A stretch of DNA of 64,000 nucleotides, taken from positions 3,872,001 through 3,936,000 of the forward strand of contig OY762069.1 of assembly GCA_963665095.1 (NCBI GenBank), in the 5' to 3' direction. Made by a program: the position numbers and the translations under genes. The first letter of the stretch is position 1. Each line of letters opens with the position of its first letter. Shown here piece by piece: positions 58,726 to 64,000 of this stretch. The notes under the pieces were generated by a model. That model had not been told where the DNA came from, searched no databases, and saw nothing but the letters and a program-made list of their open reading frames with translations. The DNA is from an uncultured Desulfobacter sp. Its GTDB lineage: Bacteria; Desulfobacterota; Desulfobacteria; Desulfobacterales; Desulfobacteraceae.

Positions 58726-59751
58726 CTATGAATAAATACCGAACATGCAGGTTCCGCATTTCGGACATTGATTGGCCAATGTTAATAAATTTTCTACATT
58801 ATAGCCAAATCGTTTCACCACTGTTTGACCGCAGGCAGGACAGCAGGTGCTTTCCCTGCCGCCGGGCACATTGCCGGTATACACGTGATGAAGGCCTGCA
58901 GCAAGGGCTATGTCACAGGCATTTTCAAGGGTGGCCACAGGTGTCGGGCCAATCCGGGTCAGTTGATACGCCGGATGAAACCTGGAGAGGTGCCAGGGAG
59001 TGGAAGGGCCTAGCTCCCCTGCGATAAAGGCAGCCATCTCTTTGAGCTCTTCCGGGTCATCATTCAGTCCCGGGATCACAAGGGTGGTCACCTCCACCAT
59101 AATACCCAGATCCACCATGTGTTTCAGGGTCTGCTTGACCGGTTCAAGACGGCCATTGCAATACCGGGTATAAAACTCATTTCTGAACGCTTTCAGATCC
59201 ACATTGGCAGCATCCAGCACCGGGGCCGCCAGCTGCAACAGCTTGGGGCTCATGAACCCGTTGGTGACAAAGATATTGGCAAGCCCCTTTTGCCTGGCAA
59301 CTCGGGCTGTTTCCAGGGCCAGTTCAAAAAACACCGTGGGCTCGGTATAGGTGTAAGAGATGCTTTCACATCCAAGCACCAGGGCCTTTTCCACAATCAT
59401 TTCCGGAGCAAACCGTCTGCCGGAAAGGCGTCCCGGAAACCCGGCAGCAGCCATGTCTCCGGCCTGGGCAATATCGGAATTCTGACAGAACCGGCAACGG
59501 AAATTACACCCGGGCGTGGCAATGGAAAAGGATAAGGAGCCGGGTTTGAAATGGTAAATGGGCTTTTTTTCAATGGGATCAACACTTGCCGCCACCACCC
59601 GGTCATATACAAGGCAGAAAAGCTGCCCCTCTATATTCTGCCTGACCCCGCACAGACCTGTATGGCCCGGCTGGATGGTACAGAAATGGTTGCAGGCCAG
59701 GCATTTCACCACATCCCCGGGCAGGGATTCAAAAAGAAGGGCCTGTTTCAT
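58726..59751 (-). CDS. amrS: AmmeMemoRadiSam-system radical SAM enzyme
   Basis: CLACNHFC, DPIEKKP, CNFRCRFCQN, YTYTEP and HLSRFHP. Confidence 0.88.
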   Translation of the reverse strand: MKQALLFESLPGDVVKCLACNHFCTIQPGHTGLCGVRQNIEGQLFCLVYDRVVAASVDPIEKKPIYHFKPGSLSFSIATPGCNFRCRFCQNSDIAQAGDMAAAGFPGRLSGRRFAPEMIVEKALVLGCESISYTYTEPTVFFELALETARVARQKGLANIFVTNGFMSPKLLQLAAPVLDAANVDLKAFRNEFYTRYCNGRLEPVKQTLKHMVDLGIMVEVTTLVIPGLNDDPEELKEMAAFIAGELGPSTPWHLSRFHPAYQLTRIGPTPVATLENACDIALAAGLHHVYTGNVPGGRESTCCPACGQTVVKRFGYNVENLLTLANQCPKCGTCMFGIYS

Positions 59752-60521
59752 TCTTCCGCCCTGAATCCTGATACCAGGCCGGTGGCGGGTTTGTAAATAT
59801 TCCGGTTCCGGATTTTCAGGGTCATGGGCCGGGTACGAAACTTAGGCACCGGCTTGATACGCATCCCAATAAAGCTGCCCCAATAGGACCACTGGATCAG
59901 GCTGAAATTTTCAACCCGGGACATGAGCGCTCCGGTCATATATGGGAACTGCACTGTGGTCCGCCATTTCACCGGCACTTTCCCCACAATGGCAGTCAGT
60001 ATATTTTTTAACTGCCAGACACTGAAAAAATGGGCATGGGCATACATATCCGGAAAAAAATAGCCTTTGATCCGTCGGCACATATTCTGAGGCGCATACC
60101 GGTTGTGGACGCCTATCACCACCTGTTCCCGGGCCACCCGACAGGCCTCTTCAATGGCTTTGGCCGGCCGGTCGGAAAACTCCAGACTGAAAAACAGTAA
60201 CGCCGTGTCAAAGGTGTTATCATCAAAGGGAAGGTCTTCTGCCGTACCCCGGTGCAGGTCAACCCGGTTTCCCAGCCGGACACCGGCCTTTTCCAGCATA
60301 TAGGGGGACGGATCAATGCCGGTCAGGTTCATGCCCAGGTCCACAAAGGGTTCCAGGCTCAAACCTGTGCCACAGCCAATATCCAGAAGACGCTTGCCCG
60401 GCAGGGGGCGGATCAGGGATTTAATGAGTTTGATTTCAAGGTCGAGGCAGTACCTGTGGCGGCCTTTTTCAAAAAAGGCATCATAGTCCTGGGCTGCCTG
60501 GAAATCAAACTCATATCCCAT
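59748..60521 (-). CDS. Class I SAM-dependent methyltransferase
   Basis: LLDIGCGTG and AEDLPFDDNTFD. Confidence 0.88.
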   Translation of the reverse strand: MGYEFDFQAAQDYDAFFEKGRHRYCLDLEIKLIKSLIRPLPGKRLLDIGCGTGLSLEPFVDLGMNLTGIDPSPYMLEKAGVRLGNRVDLHRGTAEDLPFDDNTFDTALLFFSLEFSDRPAKAIEEACRVAREQVVIGVHNRYAPQNMCRRIKGYFFPDMYAHAHFFSVWQLKNILTAIVGKVPVKWRTTVQFPYMTGALMSRVENFSLIQWSYWGSFIGMRIKPVPKFRTRPMTLKIRNRNIYKPATGLVSGFRAEE

Positions 60522-60523
60522 AT

Positions 60524-61288
60524 TCAGGCCATACTTTCCAATATGTTGTCAATAACCTTATCCACAGCAACCACGGCCGGGGAGTCATCAGGCAAATCCA
60601 TTAAAGAGCGGCGCTCCATATCAAACTCAAGCAGGTTGGTATCATCCGGGATTGTTCCAATAATTGGCAGCCCAATGCTCTCCACCTCATCCAGAAACGC
60701 CTGGCTCAACTTTTCAGGGGCCCGGTTCACCACAAGCCCCTTGGCGGCCACGGTCAGTTTAAGGCCCTCCAGCATCCCGTTGATCCGGCCCACGGCCCGG
60801 AGTCCGCGCAGGGCATAGTCCGTAACCAGAATTAAATAATCCACTTTGCCTTTGGTTCTGCGGCTTAAATGCTCCATGCCGGCTTCATTGTCCACCAGCA
60901 TATATTTATAATTTTTCTCCAGCTCTTCGGCAAACCGATTCAGAATATTGTTGACCATACAGTAACAGCCCTGGCCTTCCTGACGGCCCATGACCAGGAG
61001 ATCATAGGTTTTCTGTTCTATGAGAACCTGGTTCATCAGCATCTCAAGGTACAGAGTCTTATCCATGCCGGAAGGAACGGCCTGGGGATCTTTCATGAAG
61101 TTTTCACGCACATCCCCCACTGTATTTTCAATCTTAAGTCCTAATGTCTCTCCGAGATTGGAATTTGGATCAGCATCAATGGCAAGAAGGGGCGAGCCCC
61201 CCTTTTTTGCGAAATATCGTGTCACCAGCGCGGAAACCGTGGTTTTTCCAACACCGCCTTTTCCGGCCAGGGCAATTACTTTACTCAT
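60524..61288 (-). CDS. cooC: CooC/AcsF-type nickel-insertion ATPase (CO dehydrogenase maturation)
   Basis: GKGGVGKTT, IDADPNSN, GCYC and DNEAGMEHLSR. Confidence 0.9.
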   Translation of the reverse strand: MSKVIALAGKGGVGKTTVSALVTRYFAKKGGSPLLAIDADPNSNLGETLGLKIENTVGDVRENFMKDPQAVPSGMDKTLYLEMLMNQVLIEQKTYDLLVMGRQEGQGCYCMVNNILNRFAEELEKNYKYMLVDNEAGMEHLSRRTKGKVDYLILVTDYALRGLRAVGRINGMLEGLKLTVAAKGLVVNRAPEKLSQAFLDEVESIGLPIIGTIPDDTNLLEFDMERRSLMDLPDDSPAVVAVDKVIDNILESMA

Positions 61289-61434
61289 AGCAGCTCCTAA
61301 GGGGTTTAGTTCAATAGACCGGAAAAAGACCGGCCTTTCCATCGTCCATACTTCATCAACGCTATTAACATAACGCAATTGATGGAAAAAGCAATCAATC
61401 CGGAATAAAAAACAAAGAAGGGATTTAAAAGAAA

Positions 61435-62010
61435 TTATTCGTCCGAAACGGTCTGTTTTCTTTTCTTGTACCAGTCATACCCTTTATAAAGTTTATCCAT
61501 GCATTCAGGGCAGATGCCATGGGTAAAGGTCAGGTGGGAATGGGCCTCAAGATACCTGTCCACATCTTTCCAGAAACCTTGATCGTCTCTTATCTTTTTA
61601 CAGTGGGAACACATGGGCAAAAGGGCTCGAAGGGTTTTCAGTTCAATATGTGTCCTGATTCTGGCTAAAAGTTCTGCGGAATGAAAGGGTTTGGTGACAT
61701 AATCCACACCGCCCACATCAAATCCTTTGACAACATCCTGGGGATCGGTTTTGGCGGTCAGAAAAATCACGGGGATATGGCGGGTGGGAAGGATTGCTTT
61801 AAGTCCTTCACAAACCTCATATCCATCCATTTCAGGCATCATGACATCTAAAAGAATGAGATCCGGAATATCATTTCTGGCAAACTTCAACGCCTGTTCG
61901 CCATTCTGTGCCATGGCCACTTCATAACCGTTATTCGACAGCAACTTTCCAAGGAACTGAAGATTCTGAGGTTTATCGTCCACAGTGAGGATGAGGCTTT
62001 TATCGCCCAT
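61435..62010 (-). CDS. Response regulator with C-terminal Cys/His motif
   Basis: VDD, LLDVMMP and KPF. C-terminal CSHCKKIRD..HGICPEC. Confidence 0.9.
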   Translation of the reverse strand: MGDKSLILTVDDKPQNLQFLGKLLSNNGYEVAMAQNGEQALKFARNDIPDLILLDVMMPEMDGYEVCEGLKAILPTRHIPVIFLTAKTDPQDVVKGFDVGGVDYVTKPFHSAELLARIRTHIELKTLRALLPMCSHCKKIRDDQGFWKDVDRYLEAHSHLTFTHGICPECMDKLYKGYDWYKKRKQTVSDE

Positions 62011-62282
62011 GACAGTGCTCCAAATGAAAAAATTATGAAAAAAAAGTTATAATTATATAACGTTTATTTAATTTAAATGGATTTTTGTTCTGTTGCAAGC
62101 TGTTTCTAATCATTTAAATGAAAACATCCATTATAAGCTGGCAATGCATGGAATATAAAGGAGAATGAATGCCTCTCCGGATATTTTCACGCCCTGCGGT
62201 AACTGCGAAAACCAAAAACCAGAAAGCGAATTCTACCCCGGCATGTCTATTTTGTGCCGGATTCGTGCCGGAGCGGATATCC

Positions 62283-62408
62283 GTGTTTGGACGGCTAACT
62301 GCCCAGCTGCAAGGCGTGGGGCATTTTACAATCTGAATAATCTTTACGATGGAGAGGATTGTAAAATGCCCGGCAACGCCGCAGGTGGGTGACTTGCCCC
62401 CCAAACAC
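62283..62408 (+). repeat. About 125-bp palindromic interspersed repeat (MITE/REP-like), copy 1
   Basis: GTGTTTGG...CCAAACAC ends, with core GCCCAG.TGCAAGGC...AACGCCGCAGGTGGGTG. Confidence 0.75.
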
Positions 62409-62411
62409 AAT

Positions 62412-62924
62412 TTAACCGCAGCTGCAGGAGCCGCAGCACCCTGAGTCACATCCACCGCCGCTTCCACATCCGCCTTCAGGCGCAGGGGGCTCAAGCCCGG
62501 TATCGGCAACGGTGATATCAAACACAAGGGTTTTGCCGGCAAGAAAATGGTTCACATCCATGGTTACCGACTCATCGGTCATGGCAGCGACCCGTGCCGG
62601 AACCGGCTGGCCCTGGGGGTTCTGAAGATAAAGCTCAAGCCCTTCGGACAAGGGCATATCATCCGGGAACTGGGCTCTGGGGATTTGCACCATGGCGTTT
62701 TCATCCCTGGGGCCATATCCCATTTCAGGCGGAATGGTAACGGTTTTAGATTCTCCCTTTTTCATACCGACCACGGCCTGGTCAAATCCCTTGATCAGCA
62801 TGCCGGCGCCAACCGTAAAGGTCAGCGGTTGTTTGCCTTCGGAAGAATCAAACACATCTCCGTCTTCAATTTTTCCCGTGTAGTCCACGGCAATGGTGTC
62901 CCCTGATTTAATTGCTTCTGTCAT
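62412..62924 (-). CDS. slyD: FKBP-type peptidyl-prolyl isomerase (SlyD-like) with Cys-rich tail
   Basis: VDYTG, FDSS, IPPEMGYG and DVNHFLAGKTL. Tail GGCGSGGGCDSGCCGSCSCG. Confidence 0.88.
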   Translation of the reverse strand: MTEAIKSGDTIAVDYTGKIEDGDVFDSSEGKQPLTFTVGAGMLIKGFDQAVVGMKKGESKTVTIPPEMGYGPRDENAMVQIPRAQFPDDMPLSEGLELYLQNPQGQPVPARVAAMTDESVTMDVNHFLAGKTLVFDITVADTGLEPPAPEGGCGSGGGCDSGCCGSCSCG

Positions 62925-63177
62925 AAACGTTTTTCCTTCCGGCCCGGTCCGATTTATATCGCCATGTCCCATATGAATCAGGTCCATATTGCTCCGGCCC
63001 GTTCCGTTGGTTCCGGGGGTACCCGGAAATTTTTGTATTTATCCCGGTCAGGGATATGCGCTACACCAAAACGCTAAACATAGGTCATAAACCGGGTGTT
63101 GTCCAAATATATTTATATTTTTTGATAATTAGGCTATGGTGCGTCAAAGAAAATTTATATTGATAAGGAGCATCATA

Positions 63178-63339
63178 ATGGAACTTTTAAAAATTATTGC
63201 AGCGATTATCCTGCCGCCTGTGGGGGTCTTTTTTCAGGTGGGTCTGGGAAAGCATTTCTGGCTTAATATAATCCTCACTATTCTTGGTTATATCCCAGGA
63301 ATAGTCCACGCAATCTGGGTAATAGCCAAAAACAAATAG
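63178..63339 (+). CDS. YqaE/Pmp3-family small membrane protein
   Basis: AIILPPVGVF..FWLNIILTILGYIPGIVHAIW. Confidence 0.9.
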   Translation: MELLKIIAAIILPPVGVFFQVGLGKHFWLNIILTILGYIPGIVHAIWVIAKNK

Positions 63340-63462
63340 CGTTGCTTAAAAATCCACCCACCTGCGGCGTTACAAAAAAAATTACAATCCTCACAACCGA
63401 GAAGGTTGCTCCGATTGTAATTTTTTTTGTGCCTTGCATCTGGGCAGATTTTTAAGCAACGC
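63339..63462 (-). repeat. Palindromic interspersed repeat, copy 2 (inverted, different outer arms)
   Basis: GCGTTGCTTAAAAATC/GATTTTTAAGCAACGC arms around the reverse complement of the shared core. Confidence 0.72.
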
Positions 63463-63487
63463 CCACTATTGTGACGTCAAACTAAAG

Positions 63488-63522
63488 CAGGGCAGATACC
63501 GGTTTTCCCGGTATCTGCCCTG
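63488..63522. terminator. Strong 15-bp hairpin between convergent genes
   Basis: CAGGGCAGATACCGG-TTTTC-CCGGTATCTGCCCTG. Confidence 0.65.
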
Positions 63523-63612
63523 TTGTTATTAGCCTTCAGATTTTTGTAGGATCCTTATTCTCTATAGACATTCATGTTTCTTGACGGCTAATTCATGCCT
63601 CAACGAGGATCC

Positions 63613-63739
63613 GTGTTTGGACGGCAAGTTGCCCAGATGCAAGGCGCAAGCAAAGCTGCAACCGCAAGCGTACTTCAGTACGTGAGGATTGCAGCTTTGT
63701 GCAGCAACGCCGCAGGTGGGTGACTTGCCGTCCAAACAC
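63613..63739 (+). repeat. Palindromic interspersed repeat, copy 3
   Basis: GTGTTTGGACGGCAAGT...ACTTGCCGTCCAAACAC with the shared core. Confidence 0.75.
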
Positions 63740-63742
63740 CGG

Positions 63743-64000
63743 TTAGCCCATGAACGGATAGGGGTAGTTCCGTGGTGGAACAAAGGTTTCTTTGATGGTT
63801 CTTGGAGAAGCCCAGCGGATCAGGTTCAGGTAGGAACCTGCTTTGTCGTTGGTGCCGGATTTGCGGGCGCCGCCAAAGGGCTGCTGACCGACCACTGCGC
63901 CGGTGGGCTTGTCGTTGATATAAAAATTGCCGGCTGTGTGCGTGAGGCGTGCCATCAGTTTGTTAACCACCTTGCGGTCTCTGGCAAAGATAGCGCCGGT
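63743..64000 (-). CDS. pruA: Delta-1-pyrroline-5-carboxylate dehydrogenase, 3' end only
   Basis: AGNFYINDKPTGAVVGQQPFGGARKSGTNDKAG. Gene continues beyond the window. Confidence 0.9.
   Translation of the reverse strand, partial: TGAIFARDRKVVNKLMARLTHTAGNFYINDKPTGAVVGQQPFGGARKSGTNDKAGSYLNLIRWASPRTIKETFVPPRNYPYPFMG

Noticed and set aside
1..64000. tRNA or rRNA genes
   Set aside because: None recognised by eye.

Overview
Chromosomal window from an anaerobic deltaproteobacterium. Gene content suggests a Desulfobacteraceae-like organism; this is inference only. The flanks (1-20.1 kb and 45.7-64 kb) carry ordinary metabolic and housekeeping genes: mrcB with a TPR lipoprotein, a sugar-type ABC importer with a fused MT2-methyltransferase/corrinoid protein, a double-cubane-cluster-type reductase, an amino-acid ABC transporter, surE, MoxR/DUF58/transglutaminase, serB, a CCA-adding enzyme, CooC and SlyD, plus one IS4. 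The centre (about 20.4-45.7 kb) is an integron-type cassette array with about 10 attC sites and no IntI in the window (CALIN-like). Its AT-rich cassettes include a dGTPase, an NYN nuclease, three toxin-antitoxin pairs and several unknowns. The attC sites host layered site-specific parasites: (i) class C (IIC) group II introns, some ORF-less, in the R'' box on the bottom strand; (ii) a class D intron inserted at the DV/DVI junction of those IIC introns, at least twice in different hosts; (iii) a degenerate CL1-like IIB intron on the top strand whose predicted EBS1 (CCTAAC) is the complement of the integron core site GTTAGG; (iv) an IS91-family element with a tyrosine recombinase inserted exactly after an R'' AAC; and (v) IS3, IS66, an ExeA-ATPase transposon and an IS21-like scar nested in or beside the introns. 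All calls come from manual reading and motif recall, with no database searches.
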